A DNA stretch of 64,000 bases from Verrucomicrobiia bacterium (GTDB taxonomy: Bacteria; Verrucomicrobiota; Verrucomicrobiia; Limisphaerales; UBA1319): positions 2,944,001 to 3,008,000 of the forward strand of contig OY760937.1 of the NCBI GenBank assembly GCA_963664225.1. The letters run 5' to 3'. Both the position numbers and the translations under genes were made by a program. Position 1 is the stretch's first letter, and the number at the start of each line of letters is the position of its first letter. Below, one piece after another: positions 29,701-39,356 of this stretch. The notes under the pieces were generated by a model. It saw nothing but the letters and a program-made list of their open reading frames with translations, was not told where the DNA came from and made no database searches.

Positions 29701-31837
29701 TCGAGGGAATCGTGTAGGCGGAACGGTTGAACGCGATCAGCCCCACTCCCGGCAGCGGCAGATCCCCGGATATGACCAGGGCAAAATCCTGATCGATGGC
29801 GCTGGTATCCACACGGGCATCTTCAACCACATTGCGGGCGTTGACGCGCACCAGGTATTCGCCCGCCTGCGGATGGGCCAGATGCACCGCTTCGACATTG
29901 TTGATGTTGTCCAATGTGGTGGCGTCCGGGATCGATTCTCCGCTTTGGAACTGATTTCCGCGATAGACCACGCCGTCCGGCCCGGTGACTTCGAGGTCCA
30001 GATCGTTGACCAGGGCGGGAATGGCGGCGGGCAGGCCCGGCACATCCGTATAGGCCAGGGTTATTTTCAAGGGCTCGTCCGTGATCCCCACGACGACGCG
30101 GTGTTCGTAGGTCTGGCCGGTGGTCAGGAGCACCGTCTGATCCAGAAAATCGTAACGCCGGTCCGTGCCAATGACCGCAGTCAGGTCCACTCGGCCCCAA
30201 CCCTCGTCCATGTTGGGCACCGGCAGGTTCCCGAAAGACTCGTCGAGCGGGGTCGCCGAGTTGATAAGCGTGGCTTTGACCAGCGCCGGTGACGGGGTGG
30301 CGTTGGTGTGCGTATCCCGGTAATACTGAACGAACACGGCGGCCGCGCCGGAAACGTGCGGCCCGGCCTGACTGGTGCCGCCCTGGTATTGGTAATTGGG
30401 AGAAATGCCCATCCAGGCGTATTGGTCCGTGGCGGCGGAGGATTGCAGGGACGAAATCCAGGTGCCAGGTGCCACCACATCCGGCTTGATGCGACCATCT
30501 TCGCACGGGCCGCGGCTGGAGAAATCCGCCATGACATCGGGGCCATCCGTATAGATATACAGATCGGTGCGGTCGTTTTCAGATGCGCCGGTCGCAATCA
30601 CGTTTTTCGCAACCGCCGGGCTTCCAACTGTTTGCACCCCTGGACCCGCGTTTCCAGCCGAAAACTCGAGGATGTAGGATTGATCCCCCGGCGTCTCAGC
30701 GTCCGCGTCCCGAACCAAGGCGTCAAATTCCGCAGAATTCAAGTCATACCGTCCCTGGGTGTCGTCCCCCCAGCTATTCGAGCCCACCACGGCTCCGGCG
30801 CGCTTGGCGTCGTGCGTGAGGGTTTCATTGCTGGGTGGGGCGAAAAAATTGCCGGATCCATCGAAAATGCGCTGGGCGATGAGATGCGCGCCGGGGGCCA
30901 CGCCCAGTCCATAAAGCGCCCCGTTTTCGTCCACTTCGCCGGTGGCGCCGTTGCCAGCAACAATTCCAGCAACGTGGGTTCCGTGGCTGTGCTCATCCGA
31001 TGCGTCGGTCAAACCGCCGTAGAAGAACAGGGCGTCCACACGCCCCGAGATGTCCGGGTGCATTTGCGTGACATCGCCGCTATCCAACCCGCTATCTGCC
31101 ACGGCAACCGTCACGCCTTTACCGTTATACCCAAGCTCATGCACATAAGCCGGATGGCCCCCATCGGTGCTTTCGCCCGCCACAATCTTGGTCGCCACTT
31201 CGTCATACAGTTTGGGGTGCGCGACCGGTTCGATCCACAAAACAGATTGGGATTGGATCAGGTTGTTTAATTGATTGGCGGGAACGCTTCCCGTCAGGAT
31301 CGCGCCAAAACGGAGACGGGAGATGCCGTGAAATTCACGCATTTGAGCACGCACAACGGCGGCGTCCTGGGTGGTGGCGTCCGGCGTGAGCAGAACCCGG
31401 ACCTGGGGGGTATTCGTGAGCGAGGCCTGTGCCAAAACGGATTTCAACGCCTGGTGGAGCTTGTGTTCCGGCCGGTATTCGCCCACCCAGCGGACGCCGG
31501 GCAGCCGACGCAGCGCGCTCAGGAGTTGTTGGTTGACGCGCACCACGCAGGTGTCCTCGGGCACAAAGCGCAGCGGATGCGCGCCCAGGGATTCCAGCGC
31601 CTGCCGCGACTCCGCTTGCGGATGGTCCTTGAACTGAACGAGAAACAGGCCGGAAACAGGATGCTCGACGGACTGCGGTTGCAGAACGGCCGCCGCCGGT
31701 TCCGGTGTGGCGATGATTTCGTTTCGCAGCCGGATGAACTTTTGATCCCCGCCTGCCGCCGCCAGACACCAGCCCAACCAGACACAAAACACGCCAGTGC
31801 GCAGCGACTGGGCGAAAACATGGCAATTCATGGCCAT
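26717..31837 (-). CDS. Large secreted S8 (subtilisin-like) serine protease with multiple C-terminal beta domains
   Basis: Catalytic triad ADSG / HGTHVAG / GTSQAGP, AGN oxyanion motif; FN3-like repeats; DTDGDG...EFLAGTNP tail. Confidence 0.92.
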   Translation of the reverse strand: MAMNCHVFAQSLRTGVFCVWLGWCLAAAGGDQKFIRLRNEIIATPEPAAAVLQPQSVEHPVSGLFLVQFKDHPQAESRQALESLGAHPLRFVPEDTCVVRVNQQLLSALRRLPGVRWVGEYRPEHKLHQALKSVLAQASLTNTPQVRVLLTPDATTQDAAVVRAQMREFHGISRLRFGAILTGSVPANQLNNLIQSQSVLWIEPVAHPKLYDEVATKIVAGESTDGGHPAYVHELGYNGKGVTVAVADSGLDSGDVTQMHPDISGRVDALFFYGGLTDASDEHSHGTHVAGIVAGNGATGEVDENGALYGLGVAPGAHLIAQRIFDGSGNFFAPPSNETLTHDAKRAGAVVGSNSWGDDTQGRYDLNSAEFDALVRDADAETPGDQSYILEFSAGNAGPGVQTVGSPAVAKNVIATGASENDRTDLYIYTDGPDVMADFSSRGPCEDGRIKPDVVAPGTWISSLQSSAATDQYAWMGISPNYQYQGGTSQAGPHVSGAAAVFVQYYRDTHTNATPSPALVKATLINSATPLDESFGNLPVPNMDEGWGRVDLTAVIGTDRRYDFLDQTVLLTTGQTYEHRVVVGITDEPLKITLAYTDVPGLPAAIPALVNDLDLEVTGPDGVVYRGNQFQSGESIPDATTLDNINNVEAVHLAHPQAGEYLVRVNARNVVEDARVDTSAIDQDFALVISGDLPLPGVGLIAFNRSAYTIPSTIQVRVIDYDLSGQPSVPVKIHSTSQTNDMVLTLKASGANGVFTGRVDTASLPITADGRLHIANADVIEATYQDASPAGTRVATAIADLVKPVISAVSFTNQFGRTTISWITDESAGSLVYYGTNLAFGFSAGGSALSQNHQVVLPNLPVNSTNWFYVVSTDAAGNTSTNNNNGAYYSFVVPPAAVVLLVNDYFDDGFTDTIPVSNFTSALDETGVSYEVWDVATEGRTPNTNELRAFRAVVWRINDSFWSDTSLDNSQQATLATYLDSGGSLLIASMELLSRLNGGSTPTSAFMTNVLQVQTFAEDVMVPSVDGIEQDPITSGMAINLDYSIYPSVEYIDLGPDVSDTITPTTNAAPIFLDGASGKIAGLRYPRTGQDSTGRVVFLSFPLDAISMTDPAPNNRANLLRNILSFLAPGVNGIATIALDSLAYTLPSKITVEVADSDFEGQGSLDVQMFSTTDSKGTTLTLHETTRSGLFRGSITLASATNAPAANLLRANSGDSVWAEYYDTSGNARIRATALVDTVAPTISSVAVEPDYQQATITWETTKDTDALVQFGESRFLGRTAYAAEFTPTHDLTIYGLVPDRLYYYQVVSRDAAGNTAVDDNNNQLYTFRTLIPVVPPWTDNMDTGGTNWTVLDGEGGYTQTTWTLGVPQNGMETEAHSPPDAWGSCINGAAIDTADTYLISPAIDLTGGNKATLSFWQSYDFSSLSDMDIYQYGQIHITTNNGASWIQLAEYSDEVSAGWEQAELDLTPYIGQIVNVAFYYGLLSFDEFARPGWLLDDVSITVTNTPLGEVVITNNLAQAGYTLSGPVSIAGQGMGQTLTNAPVGEYVITYKPVIFYDTPAAQTNTLVVGQKLVLIGDYKFVDVNQNGIPDVWEQQYFGSVQASHPGDLDTDGDGQTDLSEFLAGTNPTNAQSYFHFNMPVRETNGAVHLGWTSSSGRAYLLESSTNGMDWATRMDWTRASGGTMNATEPAEPSGAPQLFRIKVHP

Positions 31838-32065
31838 AAACGATTCATTTATCTCAAATCAAAAACAATTATCGAAATAATAAGGCAAGATTTGTGCCGC
31901 GCGCGGAAAAAGAATTTTCGGCACGGACGCGGGCGGGAGCCATGACTGAGTTTAAGCACAAAATACCCTTCTGGATGGAGCCGCGAGACCTCAGACCAGC
32001 CTGCGTTTGTCATCCAGGCACGGAAGACGTTGGCGTGCAAAAGACCACAACGTGTGGTCCGTTGC

Positions 32066-32569
32066 CTATGGCTTCGTCGGTTTTGCCGGGCTTGCCGGGA
32101 CCGAATTGGTTGATTTCGAGGGGCTTGGCGTTTTGGCGTCGGCCTTTTTCTCAACGGCCTTGGCGGGAGCGGCTTCCTTGGGCTTGGCCGGCAAATAAAG
32201 TGCGGTCAAATCGTATTTGGCATCGCCAAGGGCCAGTGCCCGCCCTTCCACGGCATCGCCAACTGTAACGGCGCTCATGATTTCCGGCTTTTCACCGGCA
32301 TAAAACCGCGTCTCCGCAGTCACCTGATAGACGGTCTGCTTTTTGCCTTTTTCGAGTATGACGGTTTTAAGGATGGGATTCACGGCGACAACCTTGCCGC
32401 TGATGGAGACAGGTTTCCCGTGGCTCTTTCTGGCGGCAGGCTTCGCAAGTGATTTTGAGGCCGGGATTGTCGGCACGGCGTTGGTGGACGTATCGGCGGC
32501 AGCCACGGAAACGAGCGGCAGGGCGGCCAAAGTCGTTGCCAGGATGAAAGCGGCAAATGTTTTATTCAT
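32066..32569 (-). CDS. Secreted hypothetical protein, Lys/Pro/Ala-rich
   Basis: Signal peptide, small beta domain, low-complexity tail. Confidence 0.65.
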   Translation of the reverse strand: MNKTFAAFILATTLAALPLVSVAAADTSTNAVPTIPASKSLAKPAARKSHGKPVSISGKVVAVNPILKTVILEKGKKQTVYQVTAETRFYAGEKPEIMSAVTVGDAVEGRALALGDAKYDLTALYLPAKPKEAAPAKAVEKKADAKTPSPSKSTNSVPASPAKPTKP

Positions 32570-32723
32570 AAGGCTAAAATTGAACTATTCAGGGACGATT
32601 CAAGCACCTTTATAAATGAGTTTAAGGCGTTTGTTGCATGATTGCAATGAACAATGCCCCACGGAAACAGAATTCCCTGGTGGCGGCCTTCTGGCGAAAG
32701 ACGCTTTTCCCCGTCCTCAATTC

Positions 32724-35700
32724 TTATGGCACGAGGATCGTGCGGTAGAATTGCTGACCGACCGGTTTAGTCACGAGAATCCGCTTTTGGGTGGTCGTGG
32801 CGGAGACGTTGGTTTGGGTCTGCCAGGCGCCACCCATCGCACCCACACTCTGGATTTCGTAACTCCTGCCCGGCACGGTCTGCAAGTACAGCGCGTTTTG
32901 ATCCGTGCCAATGGCGGTTTTGTCATCGTCGGACAGGTCAGCGAGTCGGGGTGCGCGCTCAAATTCCAGCACAGAAGCGGCCGTGGTTGGATCCGTGCCC
33001 GCCCGCATTTCGGCCATGTTGCTCATGCCGTCCCGGTCGGCATCGTCCGTTTCCGCACTGGCCTCAGGAAACTTGTCCAGCAACCCGGACGATTGCGCCC
33101 ATGCCTGATAAGCAGACTCGTCGATCCATAGTGCAGTCCGCCGTCCCCCAAACGTGGGTCCCCAGCCCGTGGTGCCCGCGCGATAATAGACGACCATATT
33201 TGTGGCTGTATTGGCGGGCTCAATGGCGCCGACTAGTGCAGGTGCATTCCCTTCATAATAAATCCCCGTCAGGCGGGTGCAGCGGGTGAAAGCCTCAACA
33301 TTGATGACGGTGACACTTGCAGGAATTACAATGCTGACAAGGTTGCTGCAAAATCCGAATGACCAACTGCCTATGCTGGTGATGCTTCTCGGGAGTGTGA
33401 CATTTGTCAGGCCTGTGCAGAAAGAGAAAGCCATGTCATCGATTTTTGGAAAGTTGTCTGGAAAATTGATGTTCGTCAGACTGGAACAGGTGCTAAAAGC
33501 GAAATGACCCAACCGGATGACGCTTCCTGGAATGGTGAGATTCGTCAGACTGGTGCATTGATCGAACACACGCATGCCTATCGAGCTAACGCTGTTACCA
33601 ATATTTACGCTTTTCAAGCCGGAACATCCATAGAACGCAAAATCTCTTATATCAGTCACGCTATCAGGGATCGTAATACTCGTCAGGGCGGTGCATTCGT
33701 AAAACATATCGAGTTCGATTGTCTTGAGGCTGTTGCTGAGTTTCGCACTTATCAGTTTAGGGCATTTGTAAAACATCGCTAAGCCGAGTTTTGTGACGCT
33801 GTCCGGAATTTCAATATTCGACAGATTGACACAGTATTGAAAGGCCACTTTTCCAATACTAGTGATGCTGTTTGGTATCGTGATATTTGTGAGGTTTGTA
33901 CAACCATAAAATGCGCCTTCGCCAATGGTGTTGACAAGTCTTCCGAAAAGCGCATTCGGAATGGTCACGGCGCCACCGGGACCGGCGTAGCCGGTTATCG
34001 TGATGGTGGATCCATTTTGCAGGGTTACGAAATCAACGCCCGCGGGATCGATCCACAGCGTGGTCGGCCGTTCGCCGAAAGTGGCGCTCCAGTTCGTCGT
34101 TCCAGCGCGGTAATACACCGTGACGTTGGTGGCATCCAGAAACGGAGCGACCGCACCGGACAATGTTGGCGCGCTGGCTTCGAAATACAGGCCCGTCAGG
34201 CCGGAACATCCCGAGAACACCCCTTCCCCGAGGCTGGTCACCCGGTAGGGGATAATGACACTTGCAATCTGGGCGCAATCGGCAAACGCAAAGCTTCCAA
34301 TGTTGGTCACACTGTCTGGAATCGTAATATTTGCAAGGCCGACACAGCCAGAAAAAGCCCTGTCACCGATGAGGCCCACGCCGCTGGCGAAGGATATGTT
34401 GGTCAGTCCGCTGCAGCCAGCGAATGTCTCCATGGCTATCGTTGTAACCTTATTGGGAGCCGTGAAACTCGCCAGATTGGTGCAGCCCTTAAATGCGGCC
34501 ACTCCAATGTTGGTAATGCTCTCAGGCATTGTGATATTTGTCAGAGTGAGGCCATGACCAAAAGCATCGTCCCCAATACTTGTGACCGGCTCGCCAAATA
34601 TGGTGTCTGGAATGGTCACATTTCCCCCTGTCCCTGTATAACCAGTGATGGTGATGGCCGCGCCATTTTGCTGGTATGTGAAATCCTGAACATCGGTATC
34701 ATACCACACCGCCGTGGGCTGACCGCCAAAGCTTCCACCCCAACCTGTGGCTCCCGCACGATAATACACGATTACATTGGCTGCAGTGTCGAATAAACCA
34801 CCGGGTCCGGGCAATGCGGGCGCATTTCCCTCAAAATAAACCTGTTTCAGGCTGGCACATCCTGAGAAGGCCAATTCCCCAATGGTGGCAATGCTTCCAG
34901 GGATGATAAGCCTCTCCAAATTAGTGCTGGCAAGGAAAGCAGAGGGATCGACGTTGGTGACAGACTCACCAAAGATTGTATCCGGAATGGTTGCAGATCC
35001 GCCTGAACCCGTGTAGGCAGTAATGGCCATCGTGGATCCGTTCTGCCGATAGGTATAATCCTGGACATCGGGATCATACCAGATGGCTGTGGGGAATCCG
35101 CCAAAGCTATTGCCCCAACCGGTTGTTCCATTGCGGTAATAGACAGTCACCATATTGCCTCCAATTAAAAGTGTCTTGTGAGTGGATAAGGATGGCAAAT
35201 TACCCTCGAATAACAAGCGTGTCAGATTTGTGCAGCCAGTGAAGGCATGAACATAAATGTAACCGGTGCTGGCTGGAAGTGTGATGTCTGTCAAGCTGGT
35301 GCAACCGGCGAATGTAGATTCTTCAATTACATAAAGGTCGTTTGGAAGTGCGACGTTCGTAAGCGCAGTACAATTAAAAAAGGAATTGCTGCCGATTCTA
35401 TTCAGACCATTTGGAATGGAAATACCGGTCAACCCACGGCAGTCAGAAAAGGCATAGGGTGTAATTTCATAGGAGGCATTGGTGATCGCATAACTGCCGA
35501 TCCTTCCGCCAGGATAGGCGATCAGTTTTTTCTTATACTGGTCCCACAAAACACCATCAATGCTGTTATAGGATAAGCTAAGGCTGTTCACATTTGTGTC
35601 CGTGTTGATGGCCGTCAACCCACTACAGCCGGAGATCGCCGCCGTCCCAATCTTGGTGACGGTGCGGGGAATCGTGTAGTTTCCAACTCTGGCTGGTGGA

Positions 35701-36599
35701 TACTGAACTAGCAGCGACTTGGTCTTGTTGAGCAGGGCGCCGTCCAACATGCAGTAGGCGCTGTTAAGGGGGTCCAGCGTAAAACCCATCAGGTTGCCGC
35801 ACCCAAGGAACGCCATGTCACCGATGGTGGTCACACTTGCCGGGATCGCGATATTTGTCAGGTTACCGCAAAAAGCGAACGCAGTGGATGCAATATTGGT
35901 GACCCCACTGGGGATTGAAAAACCACCGGATGTCTCTCCTGGTAACTGAACAAGTGTAGTTGCGTTCTTATCGAACAATACGCCGTCCTTGCTTGAAAAG
36001 AACTTGTTTAAAGGATCCACTATGAACGCCGTTAAACCGGTGCATCCAGAAAATGCAAAAAGTCCCACGCTGGTGACGCTGCCTGGAATCGTGACTTCTT
36101 TAAGACCAAGACAATCCGAAAATGCCAGAGACCCGATCTTTAGAAGTCCATCTGGAAGTGTGAGACTCCGCAAGCCTGTGCAGCCAAAAAATGCTCTGGT
36201 TCCGATGCTTTTTACCCCTGGCATCATAATATTTGCGAGGCTGTTACAGCCGAAAAACGCATCATCGTTGATGTTTGTGACACTGTTTGGGATCGAGATG
36301 CTTGTCAGATTTGTGCATCTATTGAACGTCAACCCAATCCCGGTCACTGGGCGATTATCGATGACGGATGGGATGACCACGTCTCCGCCTGGACCATTGT
36401 ATTTTGTAATGATTATGTAATTGATGTCCGCGAAATATGTGAAATCACCATAAGTCTGCGCCCGCCCCGAGGTCATCGTTCCAATGAGTGCGACCAATAG
36501 GAGGCAAAGGCTCCAGCGCGATTTGGCGGGGGATCGGAACACATTAAGGCAGCCCAACCGTAAAACGGCCCGCAGTATAACCCGGGATATTCGGTTCAT
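32724..36599 (-). CDS. BspA-type leucine-rich-repeat (LRR_5) surface protein
   Basis: Many IP.SVT.IG..AF..C..LT repeats; signal peptide from ATG 36599; DADRDG...AGTDP tail. Confidence 0.9.
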   Translation of the reverse strand: MNRISRVILRAVLRLGCLNVFRSPAKSRWSLCLLLVALIGTMTSGRAQTYGDFTYFADINYIIITKYNGPGGDVVIPSVIDNRPVTGIGLTFNRCTNLTSISIPNSVTNINDDAFFGCNSLANIMMPGVKSIGTRAFFGCTGLRSLTLPDGLLKIGSLAFSDCLGLKEVTIPGSVTSVGLFAFSGCTGLTAFIVDPLNKFFSSKDGVLFDKNATTLVQLPGETSGGFSIPSGVTNIASTAFAFCGNLTNIAIPASVTTIGDMAFLGCGNLMGFTLDPLNSAYCMLDGALLNKTKSLLVQYPPARVGNYTIPRTVTKIGTAAISGCSGLTAINTDTNVNSLSLSYNSIDGVLWDQYKKKLIAYPGGRIGSYAITNASYEITPYAFSDCRGLTGISIPNGLNRIGSNSFFNCTALTNVALPNDLYVIEESTFAGCTSLTDITLPASTGYIYVHAFTGCTNLTRLLFEGNLPSLSTHKTLLIGGNMVTVYYRNGTTGWGNSFGGFPTAIWYDPDVQDYTYRQNGSTMAITAYTGSGGSATIPDTIFGESVTNVDPSAFLASTNLERLIIPGSIATIGELAFSGCASLKQVYFEGNAPALPGPGGLFDTAANVIVYYRAGATGWGGSFGGQPTAVWYDTDVQDFTYQQNGAAITITGYTGTGGNVTIPDTIFGEPVTSIGDDAFGHGLTLTNITMPESITNIGVAAFKGCTNLASFTAPNKVTTIAMETFAGCSGLTNISFASGVGLIGDRAFSGCVGLANITIPDSVTNIGSFAFADCAQIASVIIPYRVTSLGEGVFSGCSGLTGLYFEASAPTLSGAVAPFLDATNVTVYYRAGTTNWSATFGERPTTLWIDPAGVDFVTLQNGSTITITGYAGPGGAVTIPNALFGRLVNTIGEGAFYGCTNLTNITIPNSITSIGKVAFQYCVNLSNIEIPDSVTKLGLAMFYKCPKLISAKLSNSLKTIELDMFYECTALTSITIPDSVTDIRDFAFYGCSGLKSVNIGNSVSSIGMRVFDQCTSLTNLTIPGSVIRLGHFAFSTCSSLTNINFPDNFPKIDDMAFSFCTGLTNVTLPRSITSIGSWSFGFCSNLVSIVIPASVTVINVEAFTRCTRLTGIYYEGNAPALVGAIEPANTATNMVVYYRAGTTGWGPTFGGRRTALWIDESAYQAWAQSSGLLDKFPEASAETDDADRDGMSNMAEMRAGTDPTTAASVLEFERAPRLADLSDDDKTAIGTDQNALYLQTVPGRSYEIQSVGAMGGAWQTQTNVSATTTQKRILVTKPVGQQFYRTILVP

Positions 36600-36792
36600 G
36601 ATGAACCAGTAATGTCTTACAGGGAATGGAATGCAAGCGGCAAAATAACTGGGAGCCGGCCATCCATTCACCTCACGCCATGTTCCCAGTGAATCCCACA
36701 GCGCTGGCCGGATCGCCACGCATTCCAGCCAGTCCTGTCGAGCCCGTCCTTGTGCGACGGCGGCGGCGAGGTTATTCTGGCAAGATATTGTT

Positions 36793-37479
36793 ATGATACA
36801 TCAAGAAGAGCATTTCCAGGGCAATGACATGGTCAGGGACGTGGTGATCGGCATGGCCGATGGGCTGACCGTTCCCTTCGCGCTGGCGGCGGGCATTTCC
36901 GGCGCGGTGAACGCGGTGCATATCGTGGTGACGGCGGGCATCGCGGAGATCGCGGCGGGATCGGTGGCGATGGGCCTGGGCGGCTACCTGGCGGCGCGCA
37001 GCGAAATGGAGCACTACCACAGCGAGCTTAAACGGGAGGAGCGGGAAATTGTGGAGCTGCCGGATGTGGAGGAACGGGAAATCGCCGATTTGTTCAAGGC
37101 CTATGGATTGACGGATGAAGAAGTGGCGCCCGCGGTGGCAGGCCTGAAGCGCAATCCGGTGGCATGGCGCGATTTCATGATGAAATTCGAACTGGGTCTC
37201 GAGGAACCCGATCCCAAGCGCGCGCTTCAATGCGCGGCAACGATTGCCATCTCGTATGTGGTGGGCGGTCTGGTCCCCCTGGCGCCTTACATGATTCTCA
37301 ACGATTCGAGTACGGCCCTGGGCTGGTCGGTGGTGGTCACGCTCATAGCCCTGGCGGTGTTCGGATTTGTGAAGGGGCATTTTACGGGGGTGTCGCGCAT
37401 TCGCAGTGGCCTGCAAACGGTGGTGGTGGGCGGTTTGGCGGCGGCTGTGGCCTTTTATCTGGCGCGCCTTTTTTCATAG
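36793..37479 (+). CDS. VIT1/CCC1-family Fe/Mn transporter
   Basis: RDVVIGMADGLTVPFAL, AEIAAGSVAMGLGGYLA, FMMKFELG. Confidence 0.92.
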   Translation: MIHQEEHFQGNDMVRDVVIGMADGLTVPFALAAGISGAVNAVHIVVTAGIAEIAAGSVAMGLGGYLAARSEMEHYHSELKREEREIVELPDVEEREIADLFKAYGLTDEEVAPAVAGLKRNPVAWRDFMMKFELGLEEPDPKRALQCAATIAISYVVGGLVPLAPYMILNDSSTALGWSVVVTLIALAVFGFVKGHFTGVSRIRSGLQTVVVGGLAAAVAFYLARLFS

Positions 37480-37591
37480 AAAACGCGCGGATGGATGGGC
37501 TTGATGCGGACGACAAAAGCGCCCTGCACTTTTTCGCGTTGAATTAAGCCGTCCATTTATATATGCTGGTGTCACAAAAATTAAGGACTCA

Positions 37592-38425
37592 ATGAAAAAA
37601 GCATTCATTTCGATCGTGTTGTTGGCTTTGGCGGTCCCGGCCTTCGCGGAAGATGCGGCGGTGACGCTCAAGGATGCCAAGCAAACAAACAGTTACAGCA
37701 TTGGCATGAGCCTGGGCAATATCTGGAAGACTCAGGAATTGGATGTGGACCTGGACGTCATGCGCAAGGGTATCACCGACGCGATGAGCGGCGGCAAAAC
37801 CATCCTGACGGAGACTGAGGCGCGCGCCGCGCTCAATCAGATGCAGCAGGAAGTGCGCACCAAGATGGAGGCCAAACGCAAGGTCCAGGGCGAGAAAAAC
37901 AAGACCGAAGGCGAGGCCTTTCTGAAGGAAAACGCCGCCAAGCCCGGCGTGGTCACACTGCCCAGCGGTTTGCAGTATAAAATCACCGCCGAAGGCACCG
38001 GCGCCAAACCCACGAGCAACGACACCGTTACCGTCAACTATCGCGGAAAGCTCATCGACGGCACCGAGTTCGATAGTTCCTACTCTCGCAATCAGCCCGC
38101 CACATTCGCCCTTAATCGCGTCATCAAGGGCTGGACCGAAGGCATTCAGCAGATGAAGACCGGTTCCAAATGCGAACTCTACATCCCCTCCAACCTCGCT
38201 TACGGCGAGGCCGGTTCGGGCATGAAAATTTCGCCCAATGCGACGTTGATCTTCGAGGTGGAACTTCTGGCCATCAAAGCCGCAGCAACACCCACAAACC
38301 AGCCCGTCACCAGCGACATCATCAAGGTGCCTTCATCCGAGGAAATGAAGAAGGGCGCCCAGATCGAGGTGATCAAGAAGGACGACCCCCGCGTAAAGGA
38401 AGCGGAACCCAAGAAGGCGGAGTAA
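37592..38425 (+). CDS. FKBP-type peptidyl-prolyl isomerase (Mip/FkpA-like)
   Basis: Signal peptide, SYSIG, LPSGLQY, GTEFDSSY, VIKGWTEG, LIFEVEL. Confidence 0.95.
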   Translation: MKKAFISIVLLALAVPAFAEDAAVTLKDAKQTNSYSIGMSLGNIWKTQELDVDLDVMRKGITDAMSGGKTILTETEARAALNQMQQEVRTKMEAKRKVQGEKNKTEGEAFLKENAAKPGVVTLPSGLQYKITAEGTGAKPTSNDTVTVNYRGKLIDGTEFDSSYSRNQPATFALNRVIKGWTEGIQQMKTGSKCELYIPSNLAYGEAGSGMKISPNATLIFEVELLAIKAAATPTNQPVTSDIIKVPSSEEMKKGAQIEVIKKDDPRVKEAEPKKAE

Positions 38426-38443
38426 TTTACGACTTTTTAATGC

Positions 38444-38479
38444 AAAGACCGGCGGGTCACAAGCCCGACGGTTTTTTTT
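38444..38479. terminator. Intrinsic terminator
   Basis: ACCGGCGGG...CCCGACGGT plus T-run between convergent genes. Confidence 0.75.
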
Positions 38480-38492
38480 ATGCCCGCGTTTC

Positions 38493-39284
38493 TTAGGCTT
38501 TGCTGACGCCGGTTGAGGGGCCTGGTTCGGCCCGGATGATGCGGTCGTCGAAACTGGGTTGGACGATATGTTCGCGCGGCACGGTGAGGAATTCGGCCTC
38601 GTTCCATGGGCCGTCTAGCCACCGCTGCAAGAGGCCGCTGTCCCCGGCGATCTCCTTCATCTTCCATCCATTGCGCCCGCAAATCTCAGCCACCTGTTCC
38701 TGAAGGCGCATGGCCTGATCGAAATCGAACCGGATCAACAAGCCCTGGTGGTAGCTCTGCATCCATTGCTCGGTGAGACTGGCCAGGTAACGGGCGTTGT
38801 CCTCGCCGTATTTGGCCACCAACTCCGCAAAATTCCGCCCCTGCGTGATGGCGGGGATTTGCGTGGCCATGTCCTCGGAGGGCGCGGCGAGGCCCTTGGC
38901 GCGGGCACGGCGATGCGGGAATTCGATCCAGCCCGCCGTGAAGAAATAGGTGCCGGAGTTTTCGTTGAACACGGTTTGGTAGCGTTCCCTGGAGCCGAGG
39001 AAGAACGTGAGGCAATCGTGCGCCCGGGGAACAATCAGCGGCGTGTGACGGGCTTCCAGTCCATTGAGAATCTGGTTGCAGATGCCGTAACCGACCAGAA
39101 TGGCGTCGTAGCGGCCTGCGGGCACGGCATCGATGCGGCTCTGCAGATCGACATGGCCCTTTTTGGGCTCGTCGTGGTTGCCCACGGGCAGGAATTCCAG
39201 ATCGGCCACGCTCGGCGAATGGGCCACCGCCCAGCCGATCTCCCGGCAGGCAACCTCGCAGGCGATGATTTTTAAATGCTGCAT
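38493..39284 (-). CDS. DUF1638-like protein
   Basis: IIACEV, YGIC, PRAHDCL, YFFTAGW, KYGEDNA; start ATG 39284. Confidence 0.75.
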   Translation of the reverse strand: MQHLKIIACEVACREIGWAVAHSPSVADLEFLPVGNHDEPKKGHVDLQSRIDAVPAGRYDAILVGYGICNQILNGLEARHTPLIVPRAHDCLTFFLGSRERYQTVFNENSGTYFFTAGWIEFPHRRARAKGLAAPSEDMATQIPAITQGRNFAELVAKYGEDNARYLASLTEQWMQSYHQGLLIRFDFDQAMRLQEQVAEICGRNGWKMKEIAGDSGLLQRWLDGPWNEAEFLTVPREHIVQPSFDDRIIRAEPGPSTGVSKA

Positions 39285-39320
39285 ATTGTATGCTTGTGTT
39301 CCCGGCGCTCTCCTTTGTCC

Positions 39321-39350
39321 TGTAGGCCGGGTGCCCTCACCCGGCGCTCC
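39321..39350. repeat. GTAG-type REP-like palindrome
   Basis: TGTAGGCCGGGTG-ccct-CACCCGGC. Confidence 0.6.
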
Positions 39351-39356
39351 CAATGC

